A DNA stretch of 64,000 nt from Acidimicrobiales bacterium (GTDB lineage Bacteria > Actinomycetota > Acidimicrobiia > Acidimicrobiales > RAAP-2), in the NCBI GenBank assembly GCA_036268485.1, contig DATAUC010000062.1, positions 31,763-95,762 of the forward strand. Reading direction: 5' to 3'. The translations under genes were made by a program, and so were the position numbers. Below the pieces are notes generated by a model. It was not told where the DNA came from. It searched no databases and saw only the letters and a list, made by a program, of their open reading frames with translations. Of this stretch, positions 1 through 7,900 are shown piece after piece (the stretch's first letter is position 1; every line of letters starts with the position of its first letter).

Positions 1-186
1 GGTCACTTTGAAGCCGTGGCCATGCATCACGCTCAAGAACGAGCCGAGGAAGAAAAGCTCCAGCGGCTTGCGGTTGGATTTCAGGCCGCGAGGATTGCGG
101 CGCATTCCGTCCTCGAGGATGCCCATCATGTTGGATTTGGCCATGATGTGTTGGACCATCTCGACGTCGCTTCGTGGGATGCTCAT
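1..186 (-). CDS. hypothetical protein, N-terminal part only (gene runs off the left edge)
   Basis: My reverse-strand translation from the ATG at 186-184 gives MSIPRSDVEMVQHIMAKSNMMGILEDGMRRNPRGLKSNRKPLELFFLGSFLSVMHGHGFKVT... The start overlaps the TGA of the upstream gene (ATGA at 183-186). It is not in the ORF track because it is open-ended. Confidence 0.4.
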   Translation of the reverse strand, partial: MSIPRSDVEMVQHIMAKSNMMGILEDGMRRNPRGLKSNRKPLELFFLGSFLSVMHGHGFKVT

Positions 187-1172
187 TGTCCGCCTCCCCG
201 CAAGATGTGCAGCGGCAACGTCGTCTCGGGGAGCTGGCTGATCAGCTCGCACAGGGTGCGCGCCGACTGGAGCCCCGCGGCCTGCAAAATGACATTGAGC
301 GGCACGCGTTGCAAGAGCAGCCACGTGAGCCAAGTCGAGCGCAGCCGGGACACCTCTATGTGGGGGACGTCGCCGAAGATTTCGGCCCGCTCGACGATGG
401 CGGCGCAGATGTTGTGAGCACTGCCCTCTGATCCGGCGAGCAGTTCGTTGGGCTTGCGGTTCGCAACGGCCATCCGGACGATGGCTTCGTAGTCCCGGCG
501 CACCATGACCGAGCGGGCCCGCTTGCCGGGCACATCGACCCGAATGCCATCTTGGCCGAGGTCGAAGACGTGATGGGGCCGGAGGAGCTTGATCTCGGTT
601 GAGTCCAGCCCGGCGCCGCCGGAGAACCCGACGATTACGCACATGTTGCGTCGGGGCACCGGTCGCCGTTGGTGCAGCGCGGTTCTCTTGATGGCAGTCT
701 CCTCTTTACGCGAGTAGCCAGGCTTGGCTACTTGGTGTCCCAATGGGATGACGCCCGCCGGCGCACCGCTGGGATTGACGGCCTTGGCCAAGGAGCGCAG
801 CCGGCTGCGCAGGTCGTTGCGGCTGCGCAGTTCATAATCGGCCATGCCGCGGGCGTAGTAGTCATCGATGGCGCCGAAGTCCAGCGCGTCGATCACTTGG
901 AGCGAGAGCCCCTGTTCGGAACGAAAGGCGAGATAGCGGGCCAGCTCATGACAACGCTTGCGAATGCTCTCATCCCCCATGCCGCACCGCTCCAAGATGT
1001 GGCGGTGCACCGGTGCCACGGCGGCCCAGGTCTCCTCTGAGAGGGAGGTGGGTCGGTAGCGGTCGAGGATCTCCTTGGCTTTAGTGGAGAGGACCGGGAC
1101 CTGAGTCGCGCGGGCAACTGCTTGAGCCGTTGCCCGCTGTACCGCTGCTCGTGATGGTCGTTTCTTGGTCAT
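183..1172 (-). CDS. tyrosine-recombinase-like protein with degenerate catalytic positions (hypothetical)
   Basis: This lies in ORF 183..1247. The likely start is the ATG at 1172 (MTKKRPS), preceded by AAGGAAA. The C-terminal half resembles the integrase catalytic-domain layout: GAGLDSTEIKLL, VPGKRARSVMV, VSRLRSTWLTWLL and ILQAAGLQSARTL. The first Arg, the His and the terminal Tyr positions appear substituted. Confidence 0.45.
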   Translation of the reverse strand: MTKKRPSRAAVQRATAQAVARATQVPVLSTKAKEILDRYRPTSLSEETWAAVAPVHRHILERCGMGDESIRKRCHELARYLAFRSEQGLSLQVIDALDFGAIDDYYARGMADYELRSRNDLRSRLRSLAKAVNPSGAPAGVIPLGHQVAKPGYSRKEETAIKRTALHQRRPVPRRNMCVIVGFSGGAGLDSTEIKLLRPHHVFDLGQDGIRVDVPGKRARSVMVRRDYEAIVRMAVANRKPNELLAGSEGSAHNICAAIVERAEIFGDVPHIEVSRLRSTWLTWLLLQRVPLNVILQAAGLQSARTLCELISQLPETTLPLHILRGGGQ

Positions 1173-1243
1173 TCGGTTTTCCTTGGTCTGGCCCGCTCTT
1201 CGCCGGCCGCATCGAACCGTGCCGGGGCGGCCGGTCGGCGCAG

Positions 1244-2113
1244 TCACCCCGTTACAGGCCCTCGCTGCAACACAAGCGCCGGCTCAGGGAGCACGCCTTC
1301 AAGATGGCGGGTGGCGGCATCGACCACGGCGTAGCCCAGGCCAAAGGTTCGGATCACCAGCGCGGCAGGTAGGTCGAGCCTCAGGGCAGGGACGGCAAAG
1401 GTGAGCCGAAGGCGCGGCGCCGTGAGGGACTCTCCGTGGGCGGCGAACCCGGCCCGGGCCGCGGTCCAAGCGGCCTTGTCGAGCACGTGGCCGCAGAGGG
1501 AATCCGAAACTGCCGGCCTCTGAGGCAGTCGAGGGCGGGTTGATCCATCGGCCATCATCAGGACGATCTCGCCGTCGATCTTCTCCAAGTGCGCTCCAGC
1601 TGACATCGGCGGGATGACGCCAAAGCTGACGCCGGCCACGATCGCCGCCGCGGCGGGAGTGCCGTCCAACGAGGCCACGGCCGCCCCCACCAGGGCTCGC
1701 TGGTAAGGAAGGCCAGCAGTGGGCTTTCGGCCGGTTCCTTTCAGATGAGCGGGCAGCCCGTTGCGGGCCCGCAGGACGCAGTTGATCCAGCGCAGGTAGT
1801 GATTCTTGGTGCCGTCGTTGGCGGCCCGGTCGATGTTGCGGGACCAGTGGGCCACGTTCTTCTCACAGAGGTGGTCGTCAAGCGTGCCATCGAGGTGTTC
1901 CATGTCCTTGGCGAACAGGCAGGTGGCGAAGAGGATCTTCTGGGCTTCTTTGGCCGTGGCGGGACCTACACCCAGGGTCAGCTCACGTACCCGGGGGAGC
2001 AGGGCTTCATTCTGGTCATTCGTTAGGGCCGAACACCGATACGCCGCCACAAAGGTGTGTACGGCTGGCGGAATGTGAACAACTGGGGGTTGAGGTGGGG
2101 TGTGCATCCCCAC
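1244..2113 (-). CDS. hypothetical protein, paralogue-like of the downstream recombinase-like gene
   Basis: The ORF encodes 289 aa. It shares an RLR-x-T motif (TAPRLRLTFAVPAL) and a LVIRTFGLGYAVVD tail analogous to the neighbouring gene, and is on the same strand. Confidence 0.4.
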   Translation of the reverse strand: MGMHTPPQPPVVHIPPAVHTFVAAYRCSALTNDQNEALLPRVRELTLGVGPATAKEAQKILFATCLFAKDMEHLDGTLDDHLCEKNVAHWSRNIDRAANDGTKNHYLRWINCVLRARNGLPAHLKGTGRKPTAGLPYQRALVGAAVASLDGTPAAAAIVAGVSFGVIPPMSAGAHLEKIDGEIVLMMADGSTRPRLPQRPAVSDSLCGHVLDKAAWTAARAGFAAHGESLTAPRLRLTFAVPALRLDLPAALVIRTFGLGYAVVDAATRHLEGVLPEPALVLQRGPVTG

Positions 2114-2238
2114 ATAGTCCGAAGCAGCCGGTCATGCGCAAATGGGTCCCTCCACGGGGCGGGGCCAACCACCGCGGCGGCCCGATTGTGAGCACCAAGT
2201 GCCACTTCTCACCAGTTCGGAGCGCGGCGGATCCGTAA

Positions 2239-2682
2239 ATGGAGAGGTATTTACTCAAGAACCTTGGGCCAGGCGCCGCCGCGCAGACGGTAGGCAGGGT
2301 CGACGAGATCGCCGACCTTGCAACGAAAGGAGAAGGAATGGCTATCGCGCCAGACCTCATGACGCACCCACGAGACGCAGAAGGTGTGCGCTCTCGCATA
2401 GGGCTCTCTCGGGCCCTGACCAAATTGGGCATGTTGATCCGCCAATACGCCATGGTCATGGGCGCAGAAGATGTCGGCCCAAGAGACGCCCACCGTGCCC
2501 TCAAGGCCGTCTGGAATGCCGCCCTTGAGGCTGAATCGTGGATGGGTCGTCTACCCCGCGAAGGTGATGCAGCAGGCACCGCAGTCCTGGTCCAGGCGGG
2601 CGAACTGGCCATCGAGCTCATGTGGCTCTTGGTCGGCGTGCTCGATGCCGCTGGCGGCCCCGACGGGGCACTGGCCGCCTAA
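2239..2682 (+). CDS. hypothetical protein
   Basis: The ORF encodes 147 aa. An alternative start is the ATG at 2338, preceded by AGGAG at 2328-2332 with 5-nt spacing. The overlapping antisense ORF 2016..2621 is S/R/P-rich and looks non-coding. Confidence 0.45.
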   Translation: MERYLLKNLGPGAAAQTVGRVDEIADLATKGEGMAIAPDLMTHPRDAEGVRSRIGLSRALTKLGMLIRQYAMVMGAEDVGPRDAHRALKAVWNAALEAESWMGRLPREGDAAGTAVLVQAGELAIELMWLLVGVLDAAGGPDGALAA

Positions 2683-2689
2683 CCCCCAC

Positions 2690-2723
2690 CCGATGCGCCA
2701 CCCAGATGAGGGTGGCGCATCGG
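2690..2723. terminator. bidirectional stem-loop between convergent genes
   Basis: A perfect 14-bp inverted repeat, ccgatgcgccaccc (2690-2703) and gggtggcgcatcgg (2710-2723), with a 6-nt loop. It sits between the stop at 2682 (+) and the stop at 2759 (-). Confidence 0.6.
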
Positions 2724-2758
2724 TCGTTGAACGGGTGAGCGCTGCCCGGTGTGAACCT

Positions 2759-4246
2759 CTAGGCAGCTTGGCGACTCAAGTTGCGCAATGCGCCCTGGGC
2801 TTGCTCGAGGCACAGTGTGAGCGTGGCGTGGAGCGATTCGAGTCCGGTCACCACCTTGCTGGCGCCGGTGCGCACGCTCATGGCGGTTTTCATCAGCTCT
2901 TGCATCACCAGGAGGGACCGCTTGGCCTCGGCCAGCTTGGTGTCGACCGCCCCGAGGTCGCCTGTCCGGCCATCGGTCAGCTGGCGCTGGGCCTGGACCG
3001 AGAGGAGTAGGAGGGCGCTTCGGAACAGGGCTGGTTCATCCGAGGCCGGGTCATAGGCCATGACGATCCGATTAGGCGCCAGGACGGCCAGCATCTCACC
3101 ACCAGGCACCAGGTCGCGCCGCGCCACCACGCCCAATGAGGCCTGGGCCTGGCGGTTGCGCTCGGCCTGGTCCAGGTAGTCGGCCCAGTTGCGCGCCCCG
3201 CCGGTGGTGCACTCGATGACCACCCGGGCGCAGCGGTCGCCGGGCTCGGCCAGTGAGACCTCGAAGATCCCGTCACCTTTCTTGGAACCTTTGAGTGCGC
3301 CAACCGAGTTGGCGGTGGCGGTGTAGCTGGCACCCATTCCCGCCGCCACGACCTCGGCCGCGGCGCCGATCGCCGCTTCGAAGGGCAGGCCCTTGCCGGG
3401 GGAGTGGGCCTCGATGACGGCGACCGCCGCGGCCGTCTGGGCCGCCCCGATGGTGGTGCCGACCATCTCTTGAACGCGCTCGAGACGTCCGGCGATCTCG
3501 TTGTGCGAGATGCGCTGCTGCTCGAAGAGGCGGCGCTCGAGGGCCCGAAGCGGGCTGGCCTCATTGGAGACGTCCAACGTCTTGGCGACCTCGCTGAGCG
3601 TCGTGGTCAGGGTGCTCTGCCAAGCCATCTGAGCATCGGCCATGGCTTTGGACACGATGCCCTTGATTGATTCGATGACGGGCGCCCTCTCGCCTCCGAG
3701 CAAGCGCTCGAGCTCGCGTTCGACCGCCTCTACGCCACCCTTGACCGATCGTGCCATCTCGACGCTGACCGTCTTGCTGGCGCTGTCGATGATCTTGCCG
3801 GTCTCTTCAGTGGCTGCTTTCGTTGCGGCGACCGTCAGCTCGACTGTGGCGGACGCGGCACGTTGGGCATCGGTGATCATGGCCTGGCCGGCCGTCTCTG
3901 CCCTCTCAGCCAACTGTGCCACCGTCCCTGAGAGTGCGGTGACGCTGCTCGAATCGGCCGTGGACGCCAGTACCCGGGCCCCGACGGCAACCGCAGTCCT
4001 GACGAAAGGCGCGAGATCCGCGGAGGCAGTGACTTCGGGCCCGGCCAGTTCCCCTCGGCGCCCGCTTGTCCACCGAGAGGCCTCGAGGGCGACCTCTGAG
4101 TCCTCGATGAGCAGTTCCTCGATCCAGAGACCCTTCTCCTCGAGGAGGCGAGCGCCTCTCCGGTGACTGGATCCAGGTTGCGGAGCCGACCTGCGTGGTT
4201 CCCTTGCCTGAGAGCCCATTTCGCTGCCTCGTTCGGCCTGTCCCAT
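2759..4246 (-). CDS. coiled-coil protein with a globular C-terminal domain (hypothetical)
   Basis: This lies in ORF 2759..4498. The plausible starts are ATG 4246 (AGGAGG upstream) or ATG 4219. The long A/E/T/V-rich helical region is followed by KKGDGIFEVSLAEPGDRCARVVIECTTGGARNWADYLDQAERNRQ, which is loosely reminiscent of a restriction-endonuclease-like core. Confidence 0.5.
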   Translation of the reverse strand: MGQAERGSEMGSQAREPRRSAPQPGSSHRRGARLLEEKGLWIEELLIEDSEVALEASRWTSGRRGELAGPEVTASADLAPFVRTAVAVGARVLASTADSSSVTALSGTVAQLAERAETAGQAMITDAQRAASATVELTVAATKAATEETGKIIDSASKTVSVEMARSVKGGVEAVERELERLLGGERAPVIESIKGIVSKAMADAQMAWQSTLTTTLSEVAKTLDVSNEASPLRALERRLFEQQRISHNEIAGRLERVQEMVGTTIGAAQTAAAVAVIEAHSPGKGLPFEAAIGAAAEVVAAGMGASYTATANSVGALKGSKKGDGIFEVSLAEPGDRCARVVIECTTGGARNWADYLDQAERNRQAQASLGVVARRDLVPGGEMLAVLAPNRIVMAYDPASDEPALFRSALLLLSVQAQRQLTDGRTGDLGAVDTKLAEAKRSLLVMQELMKTAMSVRTGASKVVTGLESLHATLTLCLEQAQGALRNLSRQAA

Positions 4247-4448
4247 TGTGCACCTACCTCCTGCCCCAATCGGGGCGTTGTGGACGCTGCGAAGGCGAAA
4301 GTGGTGCTCCCTTCCATCCCGGCACTCCCTTTGAAACAGGTCACAATGATCGTGGCTGCATTGGCCTGGCAGCACCCTCAACCAGCTGCGGGGCAGCAGC
4401 CTGTGTCGGGGCGACTGCGCCCAGGTTGATACCGCAAACCATTGGATC

Positions 4449-5072
4449 ATGCACATACCAGTTCCACCACCATTGACCAACCCGCTTCTTGGGACCAACC
4501 TGCTGCCTTTTGGCGGCGAGGCCTATCTCGTGCCGCAGTTCCTGACCCCCCATGAGGCCGATCGCACCCTGGGGCAACTGCTCGTCGAGCTGCCATGGGA
4601 GCAGAAGCACGTGAAGCTGTACGGCAAGGTGCACCCGGTGCCTCGTCTTACCGCTTGGAGTGGCGACGTGGCGTACAAATACTCGGGCGTCATTCATGAG
4701 CCCGCACCGTGGTCACCAACGCTCGAAGCCGTCCGAGAGCGCGTGAGCCATGTCGTCCCGCGGCCAAATGGCGTGTTGGGCAATCTCTACCGCGGCGGTG
4801 TGGACACGGTCGGCTATCACGCCGACAACGAGAAGGTGTTCGGCCCGTACCCGATCATCGCGTCGGTCAGCCTCGGGGCGGAACGCCGCTTCACCTTGCA
4901 GCTCAACGACAACCACAGCGACAAGGTTGAGATGGTGCTGCCACACGGCAGCCTCTTGGTCATGGCCGGCGAGACCCAGACGAGGTGGAAGCACACCGTG
5001 CCGCCCGCTCGAAAGTCAGAGGGACACGTTGGTACCCGGGTGAACCTGACATTCCGGAAGCTGGTTGACTGA
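4449..5072 (+). CDS. alkB: AlkB-family Fe(II)/2-oxoglutarate-dependent dioxygenase (nucleic-acid demethylase)
   Basis: Motifs seen: HADNE (HxD), WKHTV (distal His) and RVNLTFR (RxNxTxR). The length is 207 aa. Confidence 0.85.
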   Translation: MHIPVPPPLTNPLLGTNLLPFGGEAYLVPQFLTPHEADRTLGQLLVELPWEQKHVKLYGKVHPVPRLTAWSGDVAYKYSGVIHEPAPWSPTLEAVRERVSHVVPRPNGVLGNLYRGGVDTVGYHADNEKVFGPYPIIASVSLGAERRFTLQLNDNHSDKVEMVLPHGSLLVMAGETQTRWKHTVPPARKSEGHVGTRVNLTFRKLVD

Positions 5073-5098
5073 AGGCGACGGGAGGCAGTGCAGGTGGG

Positions 5099-5791
5099 TT
5101 AGGCGATCATCTCCATCCTCAGACCGCGGCCATCGAGGTCTCCCCCGAGTTGGCGGTGAGTGCGGGTCGCCCAGCGCCGCGCGCTCCAGGCGGCCACGAA
5201 TGCATCGAGCACATCGTCTGGCTGAGTGCCCGGGAACCGCTGGCCGGCGTAATGGTCAACGTCATCGAACACGGTCCGCAGCGCGGCGAGTCGCTCGGCT
5301 CGACCGTTGGGCCTCCTCTTGTGATGGCTCATGGGCCTTCCGACCAAGATGGTGAAGCTCACTTCTGGGTGCACTTCGACGAAGGATTGCTGACGCTCGG
5401 GTGTGAGGAGCTGGTCTACCTCCCTGATCTTGGGGAGGATGGCGAAGGCCTGCTTCGAGATTGCCTTGCCTGAAATCGACCGGGACTTCTCACAGGCCAC
5501 TTCGTAGGATTGGGCGTCGAGCACGCCACGGACGGGTGCTGGGAACACCGAGCTTCTGCGGTCTCCGATCAGCTTTCGAGCTTCGAAGTCACAAGGCCGA
5601 GAATCGGTGGGCGAGAGGCCAATGGGAATGTCGATGGCGGCGGCTGAGAGTCGGCCGGAGTCGAGATCGGCGATCAAGGGCGCCAGGTCCGTGAGTACCG
5701 TCACTTCGGACGTGCCGTTGCCGTCGGCCGGCGTCGTCACCAAAACCCAACCAACACGACACCCGTCGAGACTACCCACCAACTTCGTCAT
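5099..5791 (-). CDS. DUF429 domain protein
   Basis: This lies in ORF 5099..5881, with the start taken at MTKLVGSLDGCRVGWVLV (ATG 5791, AAGGA upstream). It has the typical DUF429 N-terminus (GxDGCxxGW), IDIPIGL, and a C-terminal DDVLDAFVAAWSA motif. It starts 10 nt downstream of the NTase stop. Confidence 0.7.
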   Translation of the reverse strand: MTKLVGSLDGCRVGWVLVTTPADGNGTSEVTVLTDLAPLIADLDSGRLSAAAIDIPIGLSPTDSRPCDFEARKLIGDRRSSVFPAPVRGVLDAQSYEVACEKSRSISGKAISKQAFAILPKIREVDQLLTPERQQSFVEVHPEVSFTILVGRPMSHHKRRPNGRAERLAALRTVFDDVDHYAGQRFPGTQPDDVLDAFVAAWSARRWATRTHRQLGGDLDGRGLRMEMIA

Positions 5792-5801
5792 CAGGAGTCC
5801 T

Positions 5802-6668
5802 TTATCGAGCGGGGAACTGCCCTCCGAAGAGCAGGTTGAGGTAACTAAAGGCTTCGGCGGGCTTGTCGGCCCGGTACGCATCGAGTGCCTTCCGGGCCCT
5901 AGTTGCGGCGGTGTTCACCTTGGACAAAGCATCCTCAGCCTTGGCCGTTGTTGAGCAGGCGTAGAAGCGAGTAGTGACACCCTTGGGATCATTCATTGGA
6001 CCGAGACTGATCTTGGCAAGGTGCTCGAACAAGAAGCAGACGTCACAGACGGGAACAAACGACTTATCTCCAGAGAGGTATTGGGCGGCACGCATTTCGA
6101 GGTAGAAAGACGACATCGGCACGTTGTTGTAGTACTTCCACGCCTTGGCGAGGCGAGCGAGCTTCTTGGCCCCACCGGCGATGGCCGCTTCTTTGTTGAC
6201 GTCGTTGACGTAGGAAAGGTGCTCAAGCGGTGCTGATTCCATCCACTCGACTCCACCTACGCCTGGGATGTCGTACAGGGCAGGATCTTTGTCGTTCTTC
6301 CGGTAGCCCGGGATGACCTCCCAGGTTTCCGCGCCAGCGCTGAATTCCACGACCACCGCCGGTCGGCTGATCCGCACCGTGGTGTGCGGGAAACTCTTCG
6401 AGAGCGCCCCTTTTACGCGATCGAGTGCGGTGCCAGAGGTACCCGGCTTGTCCTTGAGGCTGACCAACAAATCGACGTCGCAATGACCCCGCACACCAGT
6501 GCCATGGCTGAAGGACCCCGCCTCCCTAAAGAGCTGAACGTCCAACGCATTCCGCAACGAAGTCTCGACACTTGATCGGTGAGAGGCCGCTGCGCTTCTC
6601 TGCGTCTCGAGGGGGACGAGTCGCGTGAGAAAGGTGTCGAACCCTTGGGCCACGGTAAGTGCCATCAC
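5802..6668 (-). CDS. SMODS/CD-NTase-like nucleotidyltransferase
   Basis: It carries a pol-beta NTase signature, GSFSHGTGVRGHCDVDLLV (GS...GT...DxD), a later acidic strand TWEVIPGY, and a KLARLAKAWKYYN helix. The start (GTG 6668 or ATG 6665) overlaps the stop of the upstream 2TM gene. Confidence 0.65.
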   Translation of the reverse strand: MMALTVAQGFDTFLTRLVPLETQRSAAASHRSSVETSLRNALDVQLFREAGSFSHGTGVRGHCDVDLLVSLKDKPGTSGTALDRVKGALSKSFPHTTVRISRPAVVVEFSAGAETWEVIPGYRKNDKDPALYDIPGVGGVEWMESAPLEHLSYVNDVNKEAAIAGGAKKLARLAKAWKYYNNVPMSSFYLEMRAAQYLSGDKSFVPVCDVCFLFEHLAKISLGPMNDPKGVTTRFYACSTTAKAEDALSKVNTAATRARKALDAYRADKPAEAFSYLNLLFGGQFPAR

Positions 6669-7051
6669 TGCTCCTTTGGTTCGTCCACTGCGTACGACTG
6701 TCCGCCGCTGTCGATGTTCGCCTGAGCTCGCCTGCGCGACCGTCGATTGGGAGGCTCTGCCGTCTTGTTCTGCTCATCGCGCCGCGAAGTGAGTTCCGCC
6801 AACATCTGGCGGGCATCATCCAGAGGCATGTACGGAAGATCAATCTCGCGTGCTTGGCGGGCCGCGGTCTGTATCTCGAGGTACGCATTGGCAGCGGACG
6901 ATGCCTGGTTCATGTGGTGAGAGGCGTTGATCGTGGTGAGGACAGCTCCGAATCCAGCTGCCGCAATGGCGAGTATGCCGGCGGTGATGCGCCCGGCTGT
7001 AGCTGCCAGCGCCGTGGCGCCGGATGCCGCGGCCAGGAGGCTGGCGGGCAA
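6665..7051 (-). CDS. SLATT-like two-transmembrane-helix protein (putative membrane effector)
   Basis: Two hydrophobic helices, PASLLAAASGATALAA and ITAGILAIAAAGFGAVLTTI, are followed by a charged tail (EPPNRRSRRRAQ). The track start is a TTG. The frame stays open upstream to the stop at 7184-7186 and encodes ...QWRGINLLLG, so the true start is uncertain (a CTG at 7060 is possible). Confidence 0.55.
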   Translation of the reverse strand: MPASLLAAASGATALAATAGRITAGILAIAAAGFGAVLTTINASHHMNQASSAANAYLEIQTAARQAREIDLPYMPLDDARQMLAELTSRRDEQNKTAEPPNRRSRRRAQANIDSGGQSYAVDEPKEQ

Positions 7052-7373
7052 CCCGAGCAGGAGATTGATCCCTCGCCACTGTTTCGTCTGCTCGAACTGT
7101 GCCTGAGAACTGTAGGTGGCGCTTTCCTCTACTCGCTGAAGTCGGCCTCTATGGCCGATCGTCTCTCTGCGTCCTCTGGTCCCTCAGCCATCACAAAGAC
7201 AGGCTAAGGGAGGGTTGTGACAACCCGAGGTGCACTTCACTCTCAAGGTCCGAAAGCTCCTTGTCTTGGATAGCCACTCCATTGTTAAGTCCATTTCTCC
7301 TGGTCAGCTGGCCAAAGCTTAGCTGTGTACGAGGACAGTCTCAAGTTCGGTTAGGGGATGTTGACGAAAAGTA

Positions 7374-7401
7374 TTGACAATCACACGTACACATCTATAC
7401 T
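7374..7401 (+). promoter_or_regulatory. sigma-70-like promoter, probably giving a leaderless transcript of the NYN/RM operon
   Basis: TTGACA (7374-7379), a 16-nt spacer, then TATACT (7396-7401). The ATG of the first gene at 7409 lies 7 nt after the -10 element, and no SD sequence is visible. The local region is AT-rich. Confidence 0.5.
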
Positions 7402-7408
7402 GGTCAAC

Positions 7409-7900
7409 ATGCGATCACACAAGCAGGAGAGCGGGCCCCGGCACTTGGTCCTCATCGACATCGAAAACATGGCCGGGACGCCCAGTCCAACGGCTCTGGA
7501 CGTGGATCAGGTGAAGGCTGCGCTTCGGACGGCCATCCCAGACCTAGAACAGGCACAGTGCGTCGTGGCTTGTAGTCATCGGGCGGCTGCCGTCGTCTCG
7601 TTCGGGTTCCCCGCGGCGCTGCGACGCTGGCGATCTGGGATCGATGGTGCGGACCGGGCCCTTATGGGCGAACTCAGTGACCTCCGCGTGATGAAGCGGT
7701 TCGGCAAAGTGACAATCTGCTCTGGCGACGGGATTTTCACCGAGAGCATTGCTGCAATCGCAGAACTTGGAGTCGAAACAACCGTGGTATCGCTTCAGGG
7801 TCATCTCTCAAAGCGCTTGAAGTGCGCGGCCCGCAGCGTTGTTTTGGTCGCACTCGGCGATACGCCGCCGCCCGTCAGCGCACTCAAGGGGGCCGCATGA
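7409..7900 (+). CDS. NYN/LabA-like (PIN-like) domain protein, putative RNase
   Basis: Motifs seen: LVLIDIENM, DGADRAL, ICSGDGIF, LGVETTVVS and a SKRL...VVLV tail, matching the NYN domain layout. The stop overlaps the next ATG (ATGA at 7897-7900). Confidence 0.65.
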   Translation: MRSHKQESGPRHLVLIDIENMAGTPSPTALDVDQVKAALRTAIPDLEQAQCVVACSHRAAAVVSFGFPAALRRWRSGIDGADRALMGELSDLRVMKRFGKVTICSGDGIFTESIAAIAELGVETTVVSLQGHLSKRLKCAARSVVLVALGDTPPPVSALKGAA

